From Octopus vulgaris (taxonomy: Eukaryota), in the NCBI GenBank assembly GCA_951406725.2, contig OX597818.1:125240001-125304000 (forward strand): a DNA stretch of 64,000 nt. The letters run 5' to 3'. Position 1 is the stretch's first letter. Every line of letters starts with the position of its first letter. Positions 26,068 through 40,750 of the stretch are shown here, in pieces. A program made the translations under genes and the position numbers. The notes under the pieces are model-generated. The model was not told the DNA's origin and searched no databases. It was given only the letters and a program-made list of their open reading frames with translations.

Positions 26068-27061
26068 GTGGTGGTGGTAGTGATAGTGGTGGTGCTTATT
26101 GTAGTGTTGGTAGTGGTGGTTGTTTTAGAGATGGTGGTGGAGGCGATGGTGATAATGAGGATGATGAAGACGACGACGTCGATGACGAAGACAACGACGA
26201 CGATGAAGATGATGATGATGATGATGACGATGTCGACGACAATCTGGATGATGACAGCAACAGAACAATGAAAGAAACTCGAGGCAAAACAACCGCAATA
26301 GCAAAAAATAAGTGGATAAATAAATGAATAAATAGAATACAATAAAATAAACTAGAAATAAAAATAAAAATAAAAATAAAATTGGGGAAGAATGGTCACA
26401 TTTGGATTTTGCATAATAGCTGGAAAAAGAAAAGAGTTTTGTTTGTTTTCTCCGTGAGCCAATATCCTCATGTGCGTGCTGGGTTCCGCTTTTTTTTAAA
26501 GAGTACCAAAACCACCCAGGGGCTACTCCTGTTTTCAGTTAATTAATGTGTGAACTGAGCCAGACAACATAGATGTCAACCTATGTAAACTTTTTAATAC
26601 TGTTTATCAAAGAGGAATTTTTAAAAAATGGTTGTATCTTGCATGTTAAGAAACGAGTCATTATGTATGTATGTATGTATGTATCTGTGTGTGTATGTAT
26701 GTGTGTATGTATGTATGTATGTATGTATGTATGTATGTATGTATCTGTGTGTGTATGTATGTGTGTATGTATCTGTGTGTGTATGTATGTGTGTATGTAT
26801 CTGTGTGCGTATGTATGTGTGTATGTATGTTTGAATGTATGTATCAATGCATGTACGCATGTATATCGGCTATATATATATATATATATATATACACTTA
26901 TATACATATATATCAAGATAAATATATATGTCTATTGTTGTATAAAGATACATGCATAATATATATATATATATGTATACATATGTATATATATATATAT
27001 ATATACATATATACGTACATATATATACATATATGCATATATATAATATATATATACACAT

Positions 27062-27126
<65 letters not shown>

Positions 27127-28082
27127 TAAATATATACATATACACACGCGTGCGCACACGCACTCGAACACACCCACGCACACACACAGCTTTGGACTAA
27201 AAACAAAACAATTATAAATTAAATCTTTAAATGGTTTGTCTCTGCTTTCTCTTTTCCTTTTTGCTGCTCGCTTTAAAGGTCTTTGCGAGCATCTGAACAT
27301 ATACTTCATTTTTATCTTCGGTTGTTCTCTTTTCGAAATTGTTATTTTAATGTATCTTTGAGCTCCCGTTCTTTTTTTTTTACTCATATATTGTTTTTTA
27401 TTTGTTGATGTTAAAAGATATGTTTTTTTTTAATCTTTTGCCTTAGATGCAAGCATTAACTTTTCTCTCAAAGATAAATCAGATTTTTTGCACCAGAATA
27501 CTTGTTGAAATAAATCACGACTTGGATGTTTATTTCTTCTTATATTTTCGTATTGTAGTATTATTTCCTTCGAAATCCTACATGTAGAATGATACTTGAT
27601 CACATGCTCTCCATTACGCTTCGAAGTATATTAAGTCATTGCGTTTTTTTATCAAAACCAGTGTTTCTTAACGGTTTTTTTCTTTTTACCTATGGACCCC
27701 TTTGATTCCTTTTTTTCTCGGATGGACCTTCTAAAGCCATTCTATGTTAAAAGAATCCTATTATAGTTTTGTAATTTAATATTTTCCTTTACCTCTTACT
27801 TGTTTCAGTCACTAGACTACAGCCATGCTGGGGGATCGCTTTAAGAATTTTTGGTCGAATGAATCAAACCCAGTACCTTTTTTTTTTAAGACTGGTAATT
27901 ATTCTATCGAACTCCTTTGCCGAACCGCTAAGTTATGGGAACGTAAACAAACTAACACCGGTTGTCAAGCAGTGGCCGGGCTTAAATGTCCTATAAGGGC
28001 TTCACATGGCAACAATCATGAATGATTTCAGTAAGTCTTCTTGGCAATAGCTTTTCTCGTGTAACGAGGATGCAGCTGTGTG

Positions 28083-28141
<59 letters not shown>

Positions 28142-28216
28142 TCACAAAGACTCATACATATGGAGATTCTTAAACACTTAACAGGTATAAACACGTGCAT
28201 ATACGCACAAATACAT

Positions 28217-28729
28217 GTTTGTTCCTTCTCGAGCCACGCCTGGCTCATAAGGGCCGGTTTCCGGGTTTCCTTGGCATATAGGTTCCCCACCTGGACGGGA
28301 CGCCGGTCCGTCGCAGTTGAGCTGCAAGATGCAGGAGGAAAGAGCGAGAGAAAGTTGTGGCGAAAGAGTCAGCAGAAGTTCGCCATTACCTTCTGCCGGA
28401 GCCGCGTGGAGCTTGGGTGTTTCGCTCATAAACACACACATCGCCCGGTCTGAGATTCGAACCCGCGATCCCTCGACCGCGAGTCCGCTGCTCTAACCAC
28501 TAGGTCATGTGCCTCCACGCACAAATACATACACACACATCGTCCGGTCTGAGATTCGAACCCGCGATCCCTCGACCTCGAGTCCGCTGCTCTAACCACT
28601 AGGCCATATGCCTCCACGCACAAATACATACACACACATCGCCCGGTCTGAGATTCGAACCCGCGATCCCTCGACCGCGAGTCCGCTGCTCTAACCACTA
28701 GGCCATGTGCCTCCAAGCACAAATACATA
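28217..28729 (-). mobile_element. tRNA-derived SINE family C with triplicated head (99-bp period)
   Basis: Head GAGGCACATGGCCTAGTGGTTAGAGC..GGTTCGAATCTC occurs three times. Flanking direct repeat ACGCACAAATACAT. Confidence 0.85.
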
Positions 28730-28866
28730 CGCACGCATAATTTCTATGTCATTATTTCTTATTCACACCTCTCATGTTTTGTCTTTTTCAGTTACATTTT
28801 ATTTGATTCCCTCTCTTCTCTGCCTGTCTCTCTCTCTCAAACACTCTTTCTCACTCTCTCTTTCTC

Positions 28867-28901
<35 letters not shown>

Positions 28902-29202
28902 CTCTTTTGGTCCTTCAATATATCTCCTACATACACATTTATACACACACGAAAGCACAGGCACAACACTGATATATGCGCAGAAGAGCACATATATATA
29001 TACACGTATATACATACATGTACGCATACATACATGTATATACATGCATATACATACATGCATACACTGGTACTAAGCTGTCCCAGCATACGCATACAAA
29101 TACATACAAACTGATACACAAAATCACGTGCACACGCCTTCACAGACAAACCCATACACCAACGAACACTCAAAAACTTCAGAGCCTTCCTTACCTTACC
29201 CC

Positions 29203-29248
<46 letters not shown>

Positions 29249-29593
29249 TACCACAAAAAAACGTTCAGCCTTTTAATCGCAAAGATTAAGCAACATTGCA
29301 GGGTCCTCGCCCTTCGGTGAAGAAAAAAAGTAACCCCCAAACCATAAACATTGAAATAACATATTAAAATGTACAGAAAAGCCTCACAGGAAATTTCGAG
29401 GGGGATTATCGTATTGTGTTTGAGTCATTGGTAAACAAGAATTAAGTGAGATAAATATAAGACAAACACACCACTGCCAATCATCACAGGTCTAATGCCA
29501 ATGTAATTAGCTTGGTAACTATTGAAGTTCCTTCAAGTGATTTCATTGAAGTAATGTTTTAATACTGAATGTATTTGTGCTTCTCGATCTCCC

Positions 29594-29639
<46 letters not shown>

Positions 29640-29705
29640 ACCCTCACTCTCTCTCTCTCTGTGTTTCTGTTTCTGCCTATCTCTTTGTCAACCTGTTCCC
29701 TGTGA

Positions 29706-29774
<69 letters not shown>

Positions 29775-29849
29775 GACTGACTGTCTGCCTTTCTGTCTGT
29801 CTGTCTGTCCGTCCGTCTGGCTGTGACTGACTGACTGTCTCTCTGCCTG

Positions 29850-29916
<67 letters not shown>

Positions 29917-30018
29917 GTCTGTCTGTCTATCTGTCTGTCTGTCTGTCTATCTGTCTATCTATCTATTTCTGTCTGTCCATCTCTCTATCCTGTGTGTACA
30001 CGCACACATACACGCACC

Positions 30019-30075
<57 letters not shown>

Positions 30076-30089
30076 GCGCACACGCACAC

Positions 30090-30300
30090 AGGTAAATCGA
30101 AAATAAAAACAAAACTGATAACGAAAACAGCAAAGTCAAAAGGACGTACACAGTGAAAGTATTAGGTTTGGCACTCAATTTAAGAGGGAAAAAAGAGGGG
30201 ATGTGTGACATTTCGAGTATAGCTCTTCGTCAGAAAGAAGAGAGAGGAAAGGTCCAGAGAAAGGGAAAGAGGTCGAAGAAAAACACGTGTTGTTACATGG
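30090..30300 (-). mobile_element. Decayed Penelope-like terminal repeat with HHR-like motif at 30206-30236
   Basis: Minus strand CTTT CTGACGAA GAG-ctata-CTC GAAA TG TC; context resembles the 16825 pLTR. Confidence 0.5.
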
Positions 30301-30570
30301 CTGGAATGACCGGAAGTGGAAAGAGGAAGAGAAAGTGGTTTTTTAAGGCAGGAGAGTGTGCGTGTGTTTTTGTGTGTGCCTGAAGTTTTGAGGGAGGGGG
30401 CTAGTCGATTTCACCGATCCCAGGTATTCAACTGGTACTTATTTAATCGACCTCGAAAGAATGATAGGCAAAGTCGACCTCAGCTGGATTTGAACTCCGA
30501 ACGTAAAGACGATATTGTGTCAGCGTGCGAATGACTCTGCCAGCTCGCCGCCTTTATAATAATAATAATG

Positions 30571-30623
<53 letters not shown>

Positions 30624-31005
30624 CTTAGTCTTACGAAATCTTAGACAATCTTAGAAAACAATAGAATTGATATTACAATCAATTCCAGAATTGTGAAAGA
30701 AGAGGAAGAAAAGCGAACAAAATACAATCCCCTAAAATTTGGAATAGGAAGAAGTTGGAATATGTGAACAGTACTTATAATAATTGGTGCGTTGGGATCA
30801 GTAAGCCAAGATATATACAAACGGCTGAGGGATACTGAAATAAAGTGACCGGTAGAGCTCCTACAGAATGTTTGTCTCTTAGGGACAGCAAGGGGTATCA
30901 GAAGGGTTCTGAGCACTTGAAAGACTGTGAATACTCAAGGCTATAGGTAGTAATCTACTATCCACATAATCTCTACTAAGAATAAGACCGAACTTGAAAC
31001 AAGCA
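30624..31005 (+). pseudogene. R4/Dong-like RLE LINE 3' remnant in (TAA)n
   Basis: EEEKRTKYNPLKFGIGRSWNM..IIIGALGSV..ELLQNVCLLGTARGIRRVL. Flanked by (TAA)n and (TGA)n. Confidence 0.75.
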
Positions 31006-31006
31006 A

Positions 31007-31038
<32 letters not shown>

Positions 31039-33207
31039 AATAATAATAATAATAAGAAGAAGAAGAAGAAGAAGAAGAGGGGAGCTTCGCGCTGAATAAC
31101 AACATGGATGTACAACATCGGGCTGGTTATACAAAAACAAATCTAATCGAATAACATTGGTGGAATGGAATAAAAGAACCTGTGAAAGACTTGAAGGAAG
31201 CAGCCCTTTAACGAAAATAATCACAAAAACGAAATTTTACTGCCATAGAAAGCACAGTTTCTCCCATGCATGATGTCTCAGTGAAACATGTGCGAAAGAC
31301 ACATATGAATTGAACATCGGAGAGTTTACAAATTATAAAATATAAATGGAACAAAGCAGTAAGTACGTAAAGTGTTTAATTACGCATACACTCGAATGTC
31401 TATACAATCATATATACATTTTAATACCATAGCACTACACATACATTCCAATGTTTACACAACTACGTGAAATCTACAGGACACACATACATGCATATGA
31501 AAGCACGTGTCACAAACGAAGCAAAAAGAAAATTATTATTTGAATTAACACAGAGTGAACAATTCATAAGTTTATAAACACCCCCACCTCAAAAAAAAAA
31601 ACTATGCCAGGAGATAACTCTGTCAACAAGAAAATACAGGCGAATACAGATCTGTTAGCCTTTAGAAATTACGTTACGAGCAATGTTTTCATTCAGAGAA
31701 CTCGGAGGCGGTGTTGTCTCAAAAACTTAACCCTAAACAGACAGATCCGTCCCCTAATTTCAACGTCCAAGCTTCAATGATAACAAAGCAAAATACATAC
31801 AAGATCTTCCATCACCCAGATCAACAAGGACCGCGCACCCCAGTGAGGAATCAAACTGGGTGCGAAAAATCAGCTACTGGTTCAAATCTTCCTGAAACAC
31901 TGGAACTGGAAGTACCTCACAACCGGAATATTCCAACAGATGGCCATCCACGCTCGTCATCAAATAACCAAAAGAAAAAGAATGAAAAATGGTCAAGAAG
32001 TTTTTAAGGCCTTCTATCATGCCGTGTATTTCCCCACAAATAAATCTAATACTGAATAAACCTACCTAAACTGGAGACAGTAGCACCTTGAAGTAAGATC
32101 CTACGTAGACAATAACAAATTTGCTAACGTCAGAAGAAACATTATGAAAAAGAAATTACTAACTAATTCTGGTGATAAAATTAAGTTCCCTCTTTTTCTC
32201 ATTGATAAATCTAATACGCAATGTACCATATATGTGTATTTGATACCCCATAATTTATTAATATATATGCTTAATCCACTATTAATAATTTTCTTATTTT
32301 CCTGTCATTTTGACATTTTTATTTACATCCTCATACTTACATTAGCAACATTGATCGTGTACATTTTCCAACAATACCTCCGCCATTACAGACAGCTCGG
32401 ATACTCTAGTATATATATATATTCTTCCTTTACTTTCCCCCTATATTTATCTTCTGATGTAATACTAAAGTCCAAAGCAAGAACAGTAACGGAACTTGAG
32501 AGCATGGCAAGGAGAATGAATTAAAAGTTAAAACAAAAGTATTTACTTGTGGCAACTGGAATGCGATTACTTTCTTGAAAACACAGTTGTTCTATGATAT
32601 CATATGAATCAAACGTCATTAATGTAATTGACGTTATGTGAACCAAGAGAGAAAGATATAAGCTTCCGTTGAAAACGAATGCGATATTTTTGCAGAGTTG
32701 TTACAACATAAGATAAAATGCATTGCAGTTTTTAACGCAGCTCTTGTCGAGACTAACTTTCTCTGACATTCTTTTTTTTGCTGTTGTTTGTTTCCGTAGT
32801 TGATAAATAAATTGCCAGTTAAGCACTGGACTCGATTTTACCTCTGTTTATCTCTCTGAATCAGTTATGTGAAGGGTCAAGAAGGGAATGTTCATATCAC
32901 GACCCTATCAACCTTTTCTAGTCTCGACAAGAAATAAAGAGCTTGAAAATGAAGCTAACAGAAGACATGAATAACTAAATACATAGAAAACTAGGACAAT
33001 TAGACGCCAGTTTATATCCTGTCATTGCCTTATGGCCGGTCTAAATCTATTTAGATGTAATTATTTGACTGCTGGGTGGTATAAGTCATTGCTTTCAATA
33101 GAAACAGTGGAATTGACGAGTAGTTCATTGACTTACAGTGTTGAGTTCAATATGTCCCATAGCTGGGAAGAGGAGCTAACTTCAATAGAATAAAGTTCCT
33201 TCTAAAG

Positions 33208-33452
33208 CTGTGGTTCTCAACCATCTTTTGCTTATGGACTTCCTTTGATACCTGTTTTACTCCTCTGGACCCTCATAGCCATCCGATGTTTTAAAAATTC
33301 TGTAAAATTTTAAAATCAAATATTATTAGGAATAGTATTAAAAAAAGCTTGTAGAATATTTTGTATATCGTAGAAATGAAACCAATTTATTTCTCAAATT
33401 TTACCGAAAAATTTTACCAAAGTGTCATATGGACCTCAGTTGAGGACCACTG
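33208..33452 (+). mobile_element. hAT (Charlie-like) MITE
   Basis: TIRs CTGTGGTTCTCAAC and GTTGAGGACCACTG; imperfect 8-bp TSD TTCTAAAG/GTCTAGAG. Partial copy at 27659-27785. Confidence 0.75.
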
Positions 33453-33529
33453 GTCTAGAGTGAGTGGCTGAACAATTAACGAATATTTATGGTTCACTCA
33501 TTTGTAAAGTATTATCGGAACTAGAGAGA

Positions 33530-33645
33530 AGCACCAGCACAGCCCAGCCCAGCTCAGGCCAGCTCAGCCCAGTTCAGCTAAGCCCAGTCAAGCAGAGCCC
33601 AGCCCAGCCCAGCTCAGCTCAGCCAAGCCCAGCCTTGCTCAGCAC
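33530..33645. repeat. Degenerate (AGCCC/AGCTC)n pentamer repeat
   Basis: Directly visible. Confidence 0.85.
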
Positions 33646-33934
33646 TACGGACCATTGTAATTGGGAAACAGATTTTACGTTTTGCCGTAAAACGATCCTC
33701 TTTTTCCGTATTAATACATGAATGAATATATATATATATTCTTTTAATTTTTTATTTATTTATTTCAGTAATTTGACTGCAGCCATACTGGAGCACCGCC
33801 TGTAGTGGAACAAATCGAACCTATGACTTATTCTTTGTAAGCGTAGTACTTATTCTATCGGTCTCTTTTGCCGAAGCGCTAAGTTCCGGTGACGTAAACA
33901 CACCTACACCGGTTGTCAAGCGATAATGGGGAGA

Positions 33935-33980
<46 letters not shown>

Positions 33981-34065
33981 ACCTATATATATATATATAT
34001 ATGATATTAAGTATGTTATAGGAAATATGGGCTATATACGGAGTGCCCGAAGAGAGCCAATACGA

Positions 34066-34472
34066 AATAATACAAAGTAGAGGAAAATGAAAATGCAAAT
34101 CCTAGGCAGTCAACCAAATTCCCGAATGCATAAATGAAGATATTCAATCAAGGTAATTGAATTATATATATTTATACACATCAGCATAAATCAGACATGT
34201 ATAGGCGTAAAGATTCTCCAAGGGTATAGAGAAAAGAACCAAACATACTTTAAAATGTAGGAGAGATATAAAAGCATATAAAAATATATAAAAATACATA
34301 TAAAATCACATATAAATAAGGATTACATGTAAAAAGTTATGCGTGATAAATATAGGGGGTCACAAAGCGAATATATATGATTCAATTAGATTGATTGAAT
34401 ATCTTCATTTATGCGTTCGGGAATTTGGTTGACTGCCTAGGATTTGCGTTTTCATTTCCCTCTACTTTGTGT

Positions 34473-34475
<3 letters not shown>
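34066..34475. mobile_element. Short element with ~85-bp inverted ends; inverted homolog at 36628-36951
   Basis: 34066-34150 is the reverse complement of 34391-34475. 34153-34475 is the reverse complement of 36628-36951. Confidence 0.8.
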
Positions 34476-34511
<36 letters not shown>

Positions 34512-34989
34512 CGGGCTTCTTCAATTTCCGTCTACCAAATCTACTCACAAGGCTTTGGTCGGCCCGAAGCTATAGTAGAAGACACTTGGCCAAGGTACCA
34601 AGCAATGGGACTGAACCCGAAACCATGTGGTTGGTAAGCAAGCTCCTTTCCACACAGCCACTCTTGCTTCTCTCTGGTTCTTATAATATATATAATGGCT
34701 GTAATCAAATAGTGGAGACAAGTAAAAGAATAAAAGAATATATAAATATACATACATATATAGTGTTGTGTCTGGGGAGAGTCATTCTCTTTTAGTACCT
34801 TATTATTTAACACACTCACCGGTAAAGTTTCCACTTATTTCCACACACACACACTGACCCACACACATGCGCACAAACAAACAAAAGGGAACGCAGTGTA
34901 AATAACGGACAGAATCAGGACTATTGAAAAGGTTGCAAGACGCAACGAAAATTTTAGGAAAATAAAAAGACGAAATAAGTGGAAAAACA

Positions 34990-35954
34990 GGAGAGTACGG
35001 CGGGTGTGGCAGCAATTTCCAGCCATGCATTTGAATGGCTTCCTTGGTCATATTGGCGATATGAGGGCGGGCGTAGTCGTGCAGCAGAAGAACTCCATGC
35101 TGCCGATTAGGTCTTTCCTCTTGAATAGCCGTGTTGAGTCGTTCCATCTGTTGAACATAGAGTTCCGCGTTGACCGTGTGGTTCCGTTCAAGCAATTCGT
35201 AATGAATAATCCCTTCCCAGTCCCACAATACGCACAACATCGTTTTACACGGGGTTAAGCCATTCCTTACGCTGCATCATATTGATGTACAGGTACCATT
35301 TCTCGTCCTCAGTAACGATTCAGTAAAGAAATATTTGCTTGTGTCCATGAGTTGAACGGTGACGAGCATGCAAATCATATTGTGGCTCGTTGATTTTTGT
35401 TGTTGTCACTTAAAGCATGCGGAACCCATGATCCATACTTCTGAACCTTTCCCATCGAGTGAAGATGCTTCTCTATAGCAGTGTGGGAGCATTTCATTTT
35501 CTGTGCCAGTTCCCTTGTCGTTTGACGAGAATTTTCGTGCAAAAGTTGGTTTAATCGCTCTTCATCGAACTCATCTGGACGGCCAAAACGAGGTGCGTCT
35601 TTGAGGTCAAAATTTCCATTTTTTAACTTGGCATACCAATCACGAGCGGTTCTTTCAGCTATGGCACCCTCTCCATACACAGCACAAATGTCATGAGCAG
35701 CTTTTGCGGCCTTAGAACCTTGATTAAAAGCAAAAAGACGTGGGTGTCGAAAATGCTCGTTTTTCTTAACTTGACATTCCATTTTAATGATCTGAAAATA
35801 AACAAAAAGTAACAAAAATTAACTAGTAAAACAAAAAAAAATTCCAAAATGATTCAAAAATATAATTCTCAAAAAAAAAAAAGATTCTAAAATTTAAAAA
35901 CGCAATAAATTCCAAAATTAAAAAAAAACGGCGGGAACTTAGTTTCCAACCCAA
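34990..35954 (-). mobile_element. Mariner element, 3'-truncated, transposase pseudogene
   Basis: TIR TA|TTGGGTTGGAAACTAAGTTCC. MECQVKKNEHFRH..WVPHAL, then WDWEGIIHYELL..HDYARPH..HPPYSP in a separate ORF. Confidence 0.92.
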
Positions 35955-36042
35955 TAGAGAGAAAACAAAAACTAAAAATATTCGGATGATGGATATTCAT
36001 GTATAAATACATAGAAATTTAAATAGGTGGTGTGAGTGTGTG

Positions 36043-36098
<56 letters not shown>

Positions 36099-38735
36099 TG
36101 TGTGTGTGTGCGCGTGCGTGCGTGTAAATAGCTAAAACACTTTCATGACTGACCCTTAAACGAACCTATTCCACACCAATTATTGAGTTTAACAACGTCT
36201 CTTTTCCTCCCACGTCCGCCCCCGAAAGAGTTATCCATGCATCTGCAGTTTGACAAAACACTTCAGATCGTCAGTGGTTGCCGGTTCGTTTGAACCCCTG
36301 CTGGTAACTACGACATGCTATAACGTCATGTAATGAACAGCCCGTGGAAGGCAAAAGAGAGGAGGGGGGGCGAAACACACACATGTGAAAATGTCTTATA
36401 TCAAGTGTCGGTTTTGAGTGCGAGAGAGCAAGAGAGAAAGAGAGGGAAAAAGATGGGGGAGAAAAAATAAAAACTGACTCTAGTAAAAGAGTTGAAAGCT
36501 AAAAATAAGGAACTTCCTCTCGCTCATACAAAGCAAAAGCGAACATTATTTCAATGTCGTTGTTGTTTTTTATTCCTTGGTTAACCTTGATCGACCAAAA
36601 CTTATCATAAAACAAAAGGCACACATATATATAATACAAAGTAGAGGGAAATGAAAACGCAAATCCTAGGCAGCCAACCAAATTCCCGAACGCATAAATG
36701 AAGATATTTAATCAATCTAACTGGATCACATAGATTCGCTTTGTGACCCCTATATTTATCACGCATAACTTTTTACATGTAATCCTTATTTTATTTGATT
36801 TTATATGTATTTTATATTTTTTTATATGCTTTTATATCTGTCCTATATTTTTTATGCATGTTTGGTATTTTTCTTTATACCCTTGGAGAATCTTTACGCC
36901 TATACATGCCTGATTTATGTTGGTGTGTATAAATATATATGATTCAATTACATCACCTCATCGTTTTTGTATATGTGGCACTATATTCATTATCCGATGT
37001 ATCTTTCCTGCAGGTCCAGCGACTAATTAGAAGCTCCTTTGTTGGGTTAACTGTAAAATTAGTAATGTATATAAAACTAGAAGGATTTTAGGGGTTTGTA
37101 TGTTTCAGTAAATAAAAATGTTTGTCAGTCTGATGATTAAAATTTGTGTTTCAGTAATTAAAATTGTAATTTCAGTAATTAAATTTCAGTAATTAAAATT
37201 ATTGCCAGTCAGTTGGTTACAGTTGAATCTATTTGGTTCTATGTAAATATGGCAGTGTACTATAATTGGTTAGTCTAATCTCCGTATGAAATGCATGTAT
37301 ATATAAACACTATTCGTTCTTTATACATTTTGCAAACAACAATTTTGTGGTGGTCGTCGTCGTTGCTATCATGGTACTGAGTATTTTTACCAGTTTTTTT
37401 TACAGTTTGAACGCCAGTCCAGCTGTAAACATTCTAAATTGTTTTCTACATAATCTATCCAGACTCATTTTTTCCATTATGATCTCGCTATTTCAAATAT
37501 AACAAGATGTAATTTGAGTGAAATTTGGCTATTAGTTTTAGCTGATCGAGAACATCACAGGCTGTACAATGTGGTTAGAGGTGTTGCAAGAAAGGAAGAC
37601 AAAGGACGCAGTTACCCCGAGTGCAGGTGAGAAAGGGCGCAAATTTCCTTCATGTTTTCATGCCACTAAACTAAGGTAGACGAAGCGATGAAAAATGTAT
37701 CTTTATTCCAGAACGCTAAAAACCCTTGCTACTCAACTAAACCAAGACTTTATATGTCTAGAATAGTGAATATACAGATCGTATCGAGTGGGTAGATGGA
37801 CTATTTACATACCATATGCCTGCTCCATTCGAGCACAGATGGATTTTAACACCACCACTAAAAATAAGAATCGCTCCTGTTCTTGGATGGCAGGTTTCAT
37901 ATGTCACTTGGTTAATCAATACCAAAAAGCCATTTAATGGCTTTTGCAGAGTCCGTTCGGTTGTAAGCATCGGTGTCAGGCGATTCTGTTTGAAGGTAAC
38001 ATCCTTCCTATTCACCTATCTCGTATCAGTCTCGAAATCTCCGATAAAGGCTCATGGGCCGTTGCATCTTCCATTTCTTATTAAATAGTTACTCTCTAAA
38101 AAAAGAGTGGAAAAAAACGAATTGATATAGTAAACTAGAAAAACCGATTACCGAGAAATGAACTATATACTGGTTGTTTAGGAGGAAAATTGGTACCAAC
38201 TGCACCTCTAAATAACGGGACGTTATCCTTGTCACAAATTAGATATTTTCTATCTGTAGTAGCGAACGCTACTACTTCGATAAGCGAATATTGTGTTAGC
38301 GAAATGTCTTGAATTCACTTAGGAACACTGCCATAGATTTATTACTCCTATAAATGGGAGTTTCCTTCGCTTGTAGAATCAGTTTATATAAGAACAATAG
38401 TTAATGAGGCCTTAAAATTATCACTAACCGCTTAATTGCGGAATTGTAAAAAATCGTTAGAAGCTCAAAACAATTGCATTCTCTGTTCTAAAGGCACGAC
38501 TTTATGACTACTTGGTCCATTCGTTGCTAACCTGAAGAATACGTACATATCCACACATGCACATGGACATTACAAAATCATATTTGTAATATCCTATGGA
38601 TGGACAATACAACGATTAAAGCATAAGGTTTGTGGAAACATTCGTAACATGGAATTAAAGGATTATAGATTTCCATCCAAACGTTCTTGTTATTACTATA
38701 ACATATATAATATATATGATATATATATGATATAT

Positions 38736-39107
38736 GCAGGAGTGGCTGTGTGGTAAGTAGCTTGCTAACCAACCACATGGTTCCGTGTTCAGTCCCACTG
38801 CGTGGCATCTTGGGCAAGTGTCTTCTGCTATAGCCCCAGGCCGACCAATGCCTTATGAGTGAATTTGGTAGACGGAAACTGAAAGAAGCCTGTCGTATAT
38901 ATGTATATATATATAAGTGTGTGTGTATATGTTTGTGTGTCTGTGTTTGTCCCCCTAGGGCTAGTGTGTTTATGTCCCTGTCAAAACAAATCGATAGAAT
39001 AAGTACTGGGCTTACAAAGAATAAGTCCCGGGTTCGATTTGCTCGACTAAAGGCGGTGCTCCAGCATGGCCGCAGTCAAATGACTGAAACAAGTAAAGAG
39101 TAAAAGA

Positions 39108-39110
<3 letters not shown>
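38736..39110 (+). mobile_element. SINE family B copy
   Basis: Full head to tail with internal deletions. Confidence 0.85.
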
Positions 39111-39171
<61 letters not shown>

Positions 39172-40039
39172 TGGAAGGAGATGGAACATTGTCTTGGTAG
39201 TGGCTGGCGAGGACGCCAAATGCCTGATATTATTTTAGACGAAAATCACTGTAACTTGCTTGTCACTAGCATATATACATTAAGTATGCTACATAGATGA
39301 CTGTTTTAGTTTAATGCTGCTTCAATTTCATACACTGAAATATACATATATATATGTATGTATATGTATGTGTGTATGTATGTATGTTTGTATGTATGTA
39401 TATATGTTTATATTTCTGTATGTATTATGTATGTATGTATGTATGTATGTGTATGTATATATGAATTCATATACATATATGTACGTAGGGTTGTATACAT
39501 ATGAACATATGAACAGTATATATATGTATGTATACAAACATACGAACAGTATGAATATGTATTTATGCATATATGTGTGTGTGTGTGTGCGTGTGCGTGT
39601 CGGTAGGTAGATAAAAATATATATGTTGATATATTGGATAGTTAGCACGCAAGCGTTTGTGATTTCGATTATAAACATGTTATACGTTATACATATATAC
39701 GTATACATAACATACTAACCTACTTGTTCCAAATATAGATTCTTATGCTTATATGTGCGTATATGTATGTGTATATACTTGCATAAAAACCACACAAAAA
39801 TTGAAATAACACGATGCTTGTCTAAGAATATATACGTATATTCACATACACGTAAATTTGGGTGTGTGAATGTGTGTTTATGTAAGCGCGTACAGTGTGG
39901 TATGTCAATCAGTTCCACATTGAGGATATTCTCTCATCGAAAACACACGACTGGACATTGATATATATACAGTACGCATACATACATGCACGCAAGCATA
40001 TATACACACATATACATGAAGATACTTATGTATATACAT

Positions 40040-40058
40040 ATATGTGTGTTTGTAAATG

Positions 40059-40093
<35 letters not shown>

Positions 40094-40750
40094 CTTATAT
40101 ATATAATGGATATATATCTATATAATGTATATATATGTATACATATATATACACATACATATATATATATACATATATAGTTATATACATATATATATAT
40201 GCATACATACATATATATATATATACATATACATATATATATACATATGTATATGTATATGTATATATATATATACATATACGTATATACACACATATAT
40301 ATATACACATATACATATATATATACATATATATATATACATATACATATATATACACATATATACATATATATACATATATATATACATATATATACAT
40401 ATATATATACATATATATACATGTATATATATATCTATATATATGTGTATAAATACATACATATACATACACATATATATGTGTATATGCATGTATATAT
40501 ATATACGTATATATATATATACATATATACATATATATACATATATATATGTATATGTATATATATATATACATATATACATGTATATATACATATATAT
40601 ACACACAGAAATATATATATACATACACACACACACAAATCTATATACATATATATATATATATATATATACGTACATACACACATACATACATACATGC
40701 ATACATACATACATACATACATATATACATACACATACACATATACGCAC
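40040..40750. repeat. Long imperfect (TA/CA)n tract; another (TA)n tract at 46090-46812
   Basis: Directly visible. Confidence 0.95.

Noticed and set aside
28433-28729. Tandem tRNA genes
   Set aside because: The heads lack a proper acceptor stem and continue into a SINE body.
31690-32170. Possible coding remnant (also 15970-16385, 19440-19930, 37740-38060, 47050-47600)
   Set aside because: These look like decayed retroelement sequence, but I could not identify diagnostic motifs.
33530-33645. Immunoglobulin switch-like AGCT/AGCCC repeats
   Set aside because: A short simple pentamer repeat with no supporting locus context.
39220-39260. CTGATAT..GACGAAA hammerhead-like string
   Set aside because: The core is wrong and stems I-III are not supported.
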